Shown one piece after another: positions 52,861 to 64,000 of a DNA stretch of 64,000 nucleotides; position 1 is the stretch's first letter; every line of letters starts with the position of its first letter. The stretch is from NCBI RefSeq assembly GCF_036321535.1, contig NC_087447.1:35590001-35654000 (forward strand). Reading direction: 5' to 3'. Source of the stretch: Camelus dromedarius (lineage: Eukaryota). The notes below the pieces were generated by a model. The model was not told the DNA's origin, searched no databases, and saw nothing but the letters and a program-made list of their open reading frames with translations. Position numbers and translations under genes: made by a program.

Positions 52861-54344
52861 TTGATCTTGCCTGCTGAGGCTGAGGTTGGCAAAGAAAGGA
52901 AAGGGGGCTATGATGGTGGAACTAGGCCCCTCAAAGGCCACATCTCCCATCTTTCCCCAGTTACAACGCCAGTCTATTCACCCTCTTCTTCATGGATCTG
53001 TACCTCATTCAAGTGGCCTCTTTCATGTTCTATACTTTGTGGAATTGCAAAAGGTATATCTGTCCCTCGGCCTTAGACAACTTTTTTACTTCTTTTTCTC
53101 TATTTCCTAGGAACTCACCCCACCAACGCGGAAGTGAGTTCCCCATCTTGGAGATGTCAAAATAGAGGCTAAACAGTCATTTGTTAGAGATACTGTATTG
53201 CAGATTCAGGCATCAGGAGGAGAGGTCCTCAGAGGCTCCTCAGAGGGCCTGCTTCTCTCTGGCTGCTGCTGCCCCAGGGTAGGGGTATGAGTGGGAGGGA
53301 GGAAGAAACTGCTGGGGGCTATGGCTTTCCAAATATATGTGGGTGCCTGCTCCTTTCAGACCCTCCCTCCCCAGTGAGGAAGGAATGGCCAGGATAATGT
53401 AGCCTGTCCAGAACTGCCTGCTCTGGCCCCGTGCTTCCTTGGAGGAAGGTTCAGGAGACCCTTTGGTTTGGTTTGGTGGCCTTCTCTGATGATCCCCTTG
53501 GCTTCCCTAGCCCCCAGGAGACATGCGTACCCAAGGAAAGAGAATCAAACAGCTGTCTGAGTTTCAAACCCTCCTGCAAAGAATGAATTTCAGGCAAGGT
53601 CTCTCCTCACAGCCTACAGTTGGGTCCCAGGGGGTCTCCTCCAGGGGCCCAGCTGGTCATGTTCCTGCTGCTCCCCTCCCCCCTGGGCCCCTGTTCTCCC
53701 AGCCTGTTAAGACAGACCATGGCTGGAGCAAGTCCTTCTCCCTGGAGGCAGCTCTGGGCTACAGTCTGGAATGGGTGGCAAGTTCATTCTCCAGAGCTGC
53801 CTTCACAGAAAACTTCGAGGAGTGCCAAGCCCCCCCAAACCCTGCCCCCGTATCTGCAACAAGAGGCAGCCATGCTGTTTCTAGCAATTTCTTTAGTTTG
53901 TGTTGCTGCACCTCCCCACCTGCTGGTGGTGGCGGGGCAGCACTGGAAATCCATTAGAACAGCCCTGTCCGGGTTAACCATGGCCGTGGGACCTGGCACC
54001 CAACTGGGCACAGATTTAGAAACCAAGAACTATGTGGGCCTTCCAATGTCACGTTCTGGGTTGGGGGAAGGGGAGAGAAAAGGAGAAGGGACAAAGTCAC
54101 TGTTTCAGGATGTCAGAGTAAGAGCAGCCTTTAGAGATTATATGGTCCAAGACACTATGAGCTACAGATGGGAAGTCTGGGGCCCAGAAACAGGAAGAGA
54201 GCCACCCAAGCCACTCATTCTGGCATGCTAAACCTCCTGCTGGTTTTAGAGCATCGTGCAGTATTCAAAACCTTTATCTTAGACTACTATCAAGTGTGAC
54301 CCCTGTCTGTCCTTCCTTCCACTTGCCCATCCCTCCTTTTGGCC

Positions 54345-54470
54345 CCCATCCATCACCCGTCCATCCTTCCTCCTTTCTCCCTTCCTTCCACCAGCCCATC
54401 CATCCACCCACCCGCCCACCCACCCATCCATCCATCCATCCATCCGTTCATTCTTTCTTCCTTCCGTTCC
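54345..54470. repeat. (CCAT)/(CCCA)/(CCTT)-rich simple repeat
   Basis: catccatccatcc and ccacccaccc runs. Confidence 0.85.
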
Positions 54471-57400
54471 TCACCAGACACCAGGTTATGCCAAGCATAG
54501 AGTGGAATAAGACCTCATCTCAGCCCCCAGGGATCCCTCTGCCCAGCCAAAGGTAAAGGACATGCACACGAGCAAGTACAGTGTAGTGGGCTGGAAAGGT
54601 GAGCCCCCTCAGCCCTGTGAAGTGGGTGGGGTTTGGACAAGGTGGGAGCAGAGTAAGGACTTAAGTCAGGTCTTCTGACTCCATAAACAGTTCTTTAAGG
54701 GTCTATGCTGACCTGGGTTACCACAGAAGTAGACCCGGAAAGCAAAGTGGAAGCAACTGGAAGAGGTCACCAGCTCTGACCCAGGTTTACCTACCTCCAG
54801 AGCTCTTTCCATCACCAGAGTTGCCAAAGCTCTTGGAGCTAAGAACACATCCCCAGAGTCCCTCAGGAGGTCCTGTCTTAGAGCTTGGAATTCACAGCCC
54901 AGACTCTCAGGGGGCAGGTCTTGCATGCTCCACCCCTGGCCTTTCTGGGAACGGGGAGGAACACGCACGTTGTGAGTGTCTAAGGGACGCCAAGAGGCAG
55001 GGCCTGCTGCATCCCTGGGCACCCAGTCCTGGCCAATAGTGGAAGGCAGGAGGCACCCCTTCCCCCTGCCCCATCAGCCGTGGCATCCTGCTTCTAAAAC
55101 CCCAACAGCCATCCTCTGTCCCCTCTGCTCACATGGGACTCTCTCTCAACAGAGCCATTGCCACCAAAGGCAGCAGGTTTTAGGCTTCAATCTTGGCCAC
55201 CAGTACCGCCACCACACAGCTACCAACCATTGGAATCCCAGCTCTCTGCCCAGCCACCTGGCCATGCTGCCCACAGAGAAAAGCCCTGATTCCTCAGCCC
55301 ATCGTGTGAGGCTCCCCGTGCCCTGGACTCACTGACTTCCCAGGGTCCTCTCCCTACATGCACCCAACATTCTTGCCACAGGCCCTGCCATTTCTGACCC
55401 CCATCTCCGTGTTTTTGCATCTGCTGTTCCTTCCCCCAGAGTGATCTCCATGTGGAAAGACCCATTCATCCATCAGTGCCCCACTAAGTAGCCCTTCTCC
55501 TGGGACAACTTTCCTGGTGAGGCTTCCTCTTGGCAGCTGAGGCCCTTAGGAGGCAGCAAATGAAGGGACCCTCTAAGGAGTCTCTAAATTCACTCCCCAA
55601 GGAGGCAGCGAGCCTGTCTCCCAATGCCAGCTCATTAGTGCTTGGGGAGGCTCGTGAGAACAGCCCAGAGAGGGCACTGGTGTCCCAGGAGCCCTCTCAC
55701 TCCCTCCCAGGTCCCCCCAGAGGTCCTCAGAGCCTTTGTCCCATTTGCTCCTCTCACAGGACGGGTCCTGATGGGAAAACTAAGGCCCAGAAAGAGGTCG
55801 TGTCTTATAAAATTAGGGTAGGAAAAAATACTTGGTTTTCAGAGATCAATAGCCATTCTGACCAGATTCTTTCCTCTCTGGGCCCCAGAGACCAAGGAGT
55901 GAGGGTTGGTGAGTGGCCAGCAGTAGCCAGGCCCAGAGCTACCAGGACCTCTCCCCAGGCGGAGCCAGGGAGGTGGAAGACAGGCCCCCCTGCCCTGTTT
56001 CGGCTCCCTGGGCGCCTGCCTTCCTGGATTCTGCCATTGGCACCTGGTCATTTGTCACAGGCAGAGTCCCAGCAGCATCCAGGTCCACGTGGGCCCTGAG
56101 GAGGGCTGTGGAGGAAGGTGCCCCTGACTTGTAGACTGCCCCTTTCTCCTAAGCTAGAGACTAGCAGGTCGGCCCCAGTGCACTGCCAAAGCAAGAGCTC
56201 ACAGCCCTGTGAGTCCCCAGAGCCCTCCTGTCCATCCTCAGGGAAGCTGAGGGCAGGAAGGAGAGAGGAGAAGCCGCCCAAGGCACACCTACTGTGCGCC
56301 TTTAATCCTCCCACAGACTTGGTGGGACAGGTGGTCACACCCCATTGTGCCCAAATGGAGACCCAAGTATGGAAAAGTTTAAGGCTAGAGATGAAGCTGA
56401 GAATTGGACCTAAGTTTATCCGGCTCCAGAATCTAAGCTCTGTCCACCACCCGAGGTGCCAAAGCTCTCCGGGCTAAAAGCACAGCTCTACGCACTGGTG
56501 AGCCGGCCCTGTCCGGATGGCTCCATCTTGGAGATTGGCACCCATAGCCCAGACTCCCTGAGGGCAGGTTGTGCCCATCCCTAGTCAGAGAGGAGCCAGG
56601 GTACCTGGATCCACAGGCTGGAGCCTGAAATGTTCTTGGGCCTCATTGCCCAGGACTTGCTGGCACCTGGGGCAATAGCAGCCCCAGGGGCAGGAAGGCT
56701 GCCCCACCTTGCTCGGGGAATCAATGCCGCCAGCTGCCCTGGATGGCCTACCCTGCATCCCTACCTGGCAGACTCAGAGAGGACAGGCTGAGAGATGAAC
56801 TCAACTTGTTCAGGGAGTTCAGCCAGAGGGAGCGGGTAGGTGCATGAGGATGGGGAGTTCCTGGGATCAGCTGACCCCTGGCAGGGAGGGAACCTCTGCT
56901 TGGCAGGCCCAGGGCAGGGAGACTTGGAAGCCGTCTCTGCAGCAACCCTGGGCTGTCACTCCCAGGACTGTAGCGGCTGCAGGCAAGGGCCAGGGGCTGC
57001 CCCTTATGTGAGCTGTCAGTCTTCCAATCCCCAGCCACCCAGAGGACAGTCACCCACATCACAGACACACACAGCTCCCCAGAGTATGCATCCTACCCGT
57101 TACCTAAGCACATGCACTGTGGCATGTGGCTGCATAAACTGCAGCCCAGCCCAGTGTTCTGACCACACAGACAGAAGACACAGGGGTGCATGAGCATATT
57201 GAAACACATCACTGCACACCAAGCATAAACACCCAGGTGCCAGGCCATGAGGCGCACACCGCTACAGCACCGCCCCCCAACCCCCACAATACTGTGCATA
57301 TACACTCAGAGCCATGGAGGATGCAGTCATGGTCACCACACAGCACGCCCTCTACCCTGGCCCCAGGCATCACTGCACAGCAGGCCCCTCCTCTGCCCAC

Positions 57401-57920
57401 CTCACCCACGTGGGGTGTAACTGACTCAGTGTCTGTCTCTCCCACAGTACAGCAGCTCTAGTCTGCCTTGCCTCAGCCTCTTCAGCCTTCCCTGATGCCC
57501 TCAGCCTGCCTCCCTGCCCAGACAGTGCCAGCTCCTGGATTTCCCGTCCCTAGACCTGCCCATCACCCATGGCATCCAGACTTCCTGCCACCTGCCAGAC
57601 CCTGTCTCCTCTCCCAAGCCCACCCCAACAGCAGCTGTGCCCCCAGCCCAGGACACAGGCCAGCTGGGAGGCTGGCCCTCCTGGGCTTTTAGTCTGATGG
57701 GGGGCACAAAGGGAGCTTGCCCAGCAGCCCAGGACCAACTGTCACCCAGCCTGGCCACACCTCAGAGGCCACCCTGTGAAATTTCAAGACAACACAGGTG
57801 AGATTGCCTAATAATGCAGCATAAACCCAAACTGGTAGTTCTGGCTTTTCTTTCTCTCTCTTTTCTTTTTTTCCAGAATCACAAACTGCGAGAGACCCAC
57901 CAATTGTGTTCTAGAAAGCA

Positions 57921-57963
57921 GTAGCCATGGCAACAGAGCGAGGCATCCCATTTCTATGGTAAC
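57921..57963. promoter_or_regulatory. Paired RFX X-boxes
   Basis: GTAGCCATGGCAAC (57921-57934) and ATTTCTATGGTAAC (57950-57963). Confidence 0.55.
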
Positions 57964-60900
57964 CAGGATGGTGAGACTGTTGGCTGTAAAGTCAGACAAA
58001 CCTACTAACGATCTGTTGACTTAAGAAGATGTTTTATAAATCACCAAGTTATTTTTATCGTAACCCCACCCCCTGAAACCATAAATCAGAAAGGCAATTT
58101 ACTATCTATTAAAATGACCAATATGTGCTATGACTTTCATTATAAATTATTTATATCACAGTCATCTTTAGAAAATTGTGCTTGCCTTTTGGAACTGTTC
58201 AGCAGTTCTCCGTGGGGCTCTGCGTTCTTGCAGTTTGGCGTTCCGGGAGCAAGGCAATGGTTGTAATGTGGTGCAGGGACCACCCTTCTGGTCTGACCAC
58301 TCACTCACTGTGTGACCTTGGCAGGTCACTTCCTCTCTCTGGGCTTCAGTTTCATCATTGGTGCAGTGAGGGCTGAACTTGGTCCCTTCTGAGGATTCTG
58401 AGACCGGGCAAGGCTGCAGGCAGTGGGGCTAATCAGGGGAGCCCTGGCTGGTGTCCATACCCCAAGCCCCTAGAGGCTTCAGGTCAGTTTTTCTGCCTAA
58501 TTAAATCTGCCCAGCGGGGGTGTGCAGCGTTTGAGTTAATCCATGTGGAGTCAGTGATGCAGAGCAGGCGGGATGGCCAATTGGCCTAAATAAATTGTCA
58601 GTCGAGTTGAGTTTGGAAACTGAATTAGACTAGTCTGGACTTCCTTGGGCTGGGCATGCCCACAGTGTGCTGGGCTGGTTGAGGGCTATGAGGCAGGGCC
58701 AGGGGGAGGGTCTTTGGGATTTAGGCCCTTTTTTGGTCCATTGATAAATGCCTTCACCAGTAACCCTCAGAGGCCTGGCTGGGTCCTGAGCACTCGGTCC
58801 AGCATCCAGGCCCCCCGCCCCACCCCCTTCCTTCTCACTAATCCTCCCCTCCTGGCACCCAGCTCAGGGAGCAGTGGGTGGGAGGTGCTTCCCACGGTGC
58901 TACATGGAGGGTGTGAGCGGGAGGGTGTGAAAGTGTGTGCAGAGAACATGGTGTGTGGAAAGTCTGTGTGCTGGGGGAGTGCTGGGGAGGGGGAGAAGTG
59001 GCATGTCAGCGTGGAACAGGAATGTACATGGCGAAGTTGTGTCATCCATTTATGTGACCTGACTCCAAGCACGTGCAGGAGGCGCGTGTAAATGGTCGCT
59101 GTGTGTGGAGTGTGTAGTTCAGATAGGTGGCAAAAGTGTCTGTGTGTGTACAAGGACATGCATGGGGTGTGATGTGTGTGTGTATAAGAACATGTATCTG
59201 ATGTGTATGTGGCGGTGGGGTGTGGGCACCTCCTAGGGGAATCAGGGTCTGGCTGGGCGCTCTGGACATGTGTTCTGTGAGTGGAGACCATGACACTTTC
59301 GCACACGCCAGCCGGGGGGAGGGGCTGCCCCTTTCCCTGGGACTGTCTCTGACTGAGAGAAAGAGGATGGACAGGGCGCAGGTGGGGAAAGGCCACTGCA
59401 CAAGCCCAGGGAGGCACGGCTGTGCCCAGATCAGAATCCCCTCGTCCCACTGCGCTGTCCCCTCAGTCCCGGGATCCAGCCCAGGAAGTGGGGGAACCAA
59501 GGCCAGAAAAGGCCCTGCCCAGGCCTCAGGGAGCCCAGACGTCCAGCGGGACTACCACCTACCGCACTGAATTCAGTCTCATGATTCTGGACTCAGGTCA
59601 CACCCAGAAAGGGCTGCCTCAACAGCGAGGCTGGCAAGTTTTGAGGTGGCCGAGGTTCCCCTTTGCTGTCATCCCAAGATACACATTTTGGAAATGAAAG
59701 TATGTCATAAAATATACACATCCTTAAAATAGTATTTTTTCCCCCGAATCCCCAACATGCTATTATTTAGCTCATGGGATGCTGAGTCGATGGTACCTTG
59801 GACTTAGGAAAACACAGTCATCAGAAACCCAGCAAGGCAAGACAGAGGGCCCTCAGAGGTGTTTGGCCCCAAAGCCGCCCTTTGTGGCAGGGGTGGGGAA
59901 ATGGAGGCAGCGTGAGAGACAGGACCTGCCCAAGGTCATAGAGCTCTCAGAGAGGAGCAGAGGGGAGCCAGGTTCTCCTGAACCATCAGTTCTGGGCTCT
60001 AGCGCCAGGCTTTCATCATCATGGCCTCTGAGCTTCTGCTCATTTTAAAACGCCCTCCCAGGCCTCTCTGCTCTCCAGGTCCCGTCTGCCTGCCTCCTAG
60101 ATCCCAGGTCAAAAGCAGCACAAGTCCCTCTTGTCACAGAAGGCAGCAGCTGGAGCAGAAATGTCCAGACCTCAAGGTCAGACCACCTGAGTTTGGGGCC
60201 CAGCTCAGCAGGTGACCTTGGACACCACCCCTTTCTGAACCTTTATTCCCGGACTGGGAGGGGGTGCCCCTGGGTGGTTGTATGACAAGATGGAACAACA
60301 CAGAGAAAGTAAAAAGGCGGTGTTCGAATGCATTGCTTCAGTCCCCACAAACCTCTGGCCTTGGTGGGCACTCCCGCCTGGCCCTGTCCCATCACAGCAG
60401 CAGCCTCAGGTCCAGAGCATCTTAGATGGAAAACAGCCAAGGATTGGGAACCACTGAGCTGGAGGCCCCTGGGAGACTGAGGCAGACGGGTCCCCCATCA
60501 CAAAACAGCACCCCTGTCCTTCAGAGAGCCACCCTGGGCCCCCACTCAGCCCATGTGACCTGAGTGCGATGGGTCTACGCTCCTGGGAAGGCCTGGTCCC
60601 TGAGGACAAGAGAAGGAGTGTTTCCTGAGGGACAGCCCTCGGGAGACCCAGTGGGATGGGGCCAGGGAGGAGTCTCCAGATTTAACAGCAAGGAGAACTT
60701 GGCTGGGGCCTAACCCAACCCCCCCGGGAGGGCGGAAGGGAAAGCGGGGAGTAAGAAGCCCGCCCTGATGGAGTTTGGTGGGACACAAAGGAGCCAGGAG
60801 CCGGCGGAGGCCAGTGTCCTGGAAGAGATACAAACGCAGAGTCCTTGACCCCACACAGTAGTTGTGAGTGCAACTAGAAGTTTACCTTTAATTTGTGCCC

Positions 60901-63214
60901 TCGCTGGCTCTGATGACGCCAGCACCATCCCGGCACGGGGATCCATGAGGCCAGATGAGACCCAAGTGCCTCAAGGCAGCTCTGATGCATAACGGACCTC
61001 ATCAGCCTGAGACCACATTAGGGGCTGAGGGCAGGCCGCACGGCAGAAGAAGAGCCCTGGACTTGACTTCAGAGACCTGAGTTCAAATCCCAGCTCTGCT
61101 CCGGCTGTAAGACTGCAGGCAAGTAACTTTTTGGAGGCTCAGTCTCAGCATTCTTCAAATGAGGACAATAATAGCAATATACTCCAGGTAGTAAGGCACT
61201 ATTGAAGGGTCTGGGGCAAAGGCCAGGTGTCTGGGGCCTCCCCAGATCCAGGGTGCAATTCTAGGGCAGGGAGAAACCCCAAGACTGCCAGTTCCCTTGC
61301 ACACTGGTATTCCAGGAGCTGGGCCAAGGCTTCCCTCCAGAAAAATCCAAACACAGCAGTTTTGGGTTTTTTCCACCCAAATTATTGGGGGTGGGGGAGT
61401 GATTCAAGGAGCAGCAACAGCTAAAGGGAGAAATGTGTTTAACTTTCATTTTTCTTCTCTAATTTTTTCTGCTCCTGTTGCTACCACCTGCCTGCAAACA
61501 GTAAACCAGGAGCAGATGAGAGCTTCGTGAGAGCCAACGGCATGGCCCTCAGAGCCTGCTTCCCGTGGCTGCAGCCCAAGGTGAGGCCATGTCCCCGACC
61601 CCGCACTGCGGCCTCCAGCTGGTGAGGGCTACGCTCCTCGGGGTGATGGTGACGTAACATGCCCACTTCCATGGGGTCTTCCAAGTGAGCCCCATCCTCG
61701 GGGCTGGGAGGAAATGGGGCCTGATGGGAAAGGACAGCCAAGGTCACACGATGAGCTCCTGGCTTCCTGGCCTAACTCTGGTAACAAGAGGAAGGCTGAT
61801 GACGGCAGCTTCTGGTCCTGAGCAGGTCCTGCTTCCTGGGCTATTGGAGCATCGTCTCATTTAAACCTCACATTAGCCCAGGAGGTAAGTTCTGCTCTTA
61901 TCACTGCTTGTCAGATGATGAGTCTGAGGTTTAAAGAAGGTTTAAGAAGAGAAGACTCTTGCCCAAGGTCTTAGAGGTTCTCAGTGGCAGGACTGGTCCT
62001 ATCTGCTTCAAAGCCCTGCATGACAGGCCCCTCAGGCAGCCAGGCAAGATGTCCTGTGCAAGGGGGCCTGGCTGTGCCCCATGAAATGGACATGGCTGCT
62101 CCAGCTTCATTTCAACCTTACCCAGCCCCAGGGAGGTACAGCAAGCCCAGGTGCCGTAGGGGAGTGGGGCTGTGCTGTCCCAGAGCGTCCCCTATGGTCC
62201 CACAGGCCAGGAAGGCTGGGTGTCAGGACTTCAGAAGGTCGCAGCAGGAGCCAACTCCTCACCCACTCCTGTGACCTGAGAGTCCCTCTTGGAAAACAGA
62301 CATTAAACACTCTCTCCCATTAGCATCTTAAACTCGGAGAAATACCGGTCCTCCACTCGGGAAATTTCCCTTCTAGTTCATTCAAGACTTAGAACTGGGT
62401 CTATCTGTCTCCTGGTATGCTTATCTACTTTTCTGTCAGTAAATGATGACTTATGGAAACCTTCACATTTCCTCTTTTGCTCTGACTGCCCGGGAGTGCA
62501 GCTAAATTTGGTGCTCAATTCTGGACTCATCTTTTACCTGGGTTTAGGGTATCGCTATTTCTTCCCTTCATTATACGATGCTTACTTTTTCTTTTCTTTT
62601 CTTCTTTATTTCTAAGGATTCTGTTGTACGTATGTCTCAAGGGCCTCCAACCTTTTTGCCATAGGTTGGAATGAGAAACACATGACTGAGACTCCCAGAT
62701 CAAGAAGCGAGTAGGAAGGCACTCCATGTGAGGGTAGTTCAGTCATCCCCTCTGCAGTCACCCTGAGCAGATGTCTCGCGGGTGACCACCAATGATGGGG
62801 AGCTCCTGAGACCACGTTCTGTCTTTGGACAGCTCTTGAGACATGCATTTATTTCTTATGTAAGTCAACCTCCCCACCTCTTTCTCCTGGTGATCCCAGT
62901 TCCTCCCCCTGGGGCCACCAGAATATACCTGCTCCTCTTCCTCCTTGTGACGACCCTGCCCACACCTGCAGATGGGCCTCAGGACCCACCCTGAGTCGTC
63001 CCTCCTGTGGGCCAAGCGTCCTCCGGCTTCCGTCCACACTCCCTTTCTTGTCAGCTCCCCCACCCGTGTCAGAGCCAAGTTTTGTTCAGCACTCACTGGG
63101 TGCAGCTACACCGATTGTGCACTTTGCCCTTTTCAAACCTCACGAGGCGGAAGTAATTTGCTTTTTTGAGCCTCGACGACCTCTGTTATAAATAACAATT
63201 ACCACTGCAAACAC

Positions 63215-63375
63215 GTTCTCATTTATCTTTAAAAATCTCTGCAAGGTTTTTGTAGATACGTCCATTTTACAGATAAGAAAATTGATGTTCAGAGTGGTTA
63301 AGACATGTGCAAAAATACCAAAACCCACATAGCTCGGAGGTGACAGAATTTGAAACCGGATCTCTCTGACTCGAA
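63215..63375 (-). mobile_element. MIR SINE
   Basis: ccattttacagataagaaaattga..ttcagagtggttaag...gaatttgaaacc. Confidence 0.75.
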
Positions 63376-63537
63376 AACCACCATGCTATAGGGCTTCTGT
63401 TTATAAATTTCTTTTACATCCATCTGCGTAACCTTGGGAGGAGGACATTCATCTTCCCATTATGATGACATGGGCACAGCTGCCTACAGTTGACAACACA
63501 TCTTCACATTTTGAATCCCATATGAGCACCACCCACT

Positions 63538-63540
<3 letters not shown>

Positions 63541-63579
<39 letters not shown>
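63541..63579. repeat. (AC)19 microsatellite
   Basis: Perfect run. Confidence 0.97.
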
Positions 63580-63581
<2 letters not shown>

Positions 63582-63753
63582 CATGCATGCACAACAGCTG
63601 GGCCATCAGCAGGACAGTCTTGATTGTCCCCATTTGGCAGATGCTGAGGCTCCAAGCTCAATGAAGTGTTCACTAGGAAGCCACTGAGACATTTTCCCCC
63701 AGTTCCCACTTGTGCTTTTGCATGGAGTCAAGGGTCCTGACTTCCAGTGGGTA

Positions 63754-63756
<3 letters not shown>

Positions 63757-63798
<42 letters not shown>
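63757..63798. repeat. (GT)21 microsatellite
   Basis: Perfect run. Confidence 0.97.
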
Positions 63799-63803
<5 letters not shown>

Positions 63804-64000
63804 CTTGGGGAGAGGAATAAAAAGATGGCCCCAAGAGGGACAGCTCAGGGAGGGCAGTGGACACAGCCCAGGTGGGACCATGGTTGACTGCCCACCTGCG
63901 CTCCTTCCAACAAATCTTTATGTCTTATTCCAGGCCTGTGAAAGGCACTGAGTACAGCATGAGCAAAAACAGTCAGAGCTGCTGGCAGGAGAGACTGACA

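Overview
Mammalian genomic DNA holding the convergent 3' ends of two genes. A tRNA-derived SINE at 38662-38748 resembles the camelid Vic-1 family, so the source is probably camel, alpaca or llama (inference). On the + strand, 1-35776 appears to be the long last intron of SERGEF (DelGEF, RCC1-repeat protein), followed by its terminal coding exon (35777-36120), whose TAA stop overlaps the AATAAA signal. On the - strand lies KCNC1 (Kv3.1 potassium channel): part of intron 1 (52312-64000), exon 2 (52311-51378, S1-S6 and pore), the Kv3.1a read-through tail (stop at 51346) with a probable ~5.3 kb 3'UTR, and Kv3.1b exons 3 (44471-44283) and 4 (42366-42302 plus 3'UTR). The rest is ancient interspersed repeats (MIR, L2, L1M, MLT1/MLT2, MER) and microsatellites. 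Almost all other ORFs in the track look spurious. I cannot support a wholly new gene system. The best leads are: a candidate regulated 'poison' or alternative exon of KCNC1 at 47474-47329 (138-nt AG-exclusion zone, distal branch point, RBFOX motif, GTAAGT donor); several extra acceptors around exon 4 that would give additional Kv3.1 C-termini; RFX X-box and Pbx-Hox enhancer candidates; and a near-perfect 22-bp hairpin inside a MIR. Gene and repeat family names come from recalled sequence knowledge, not from database searches.
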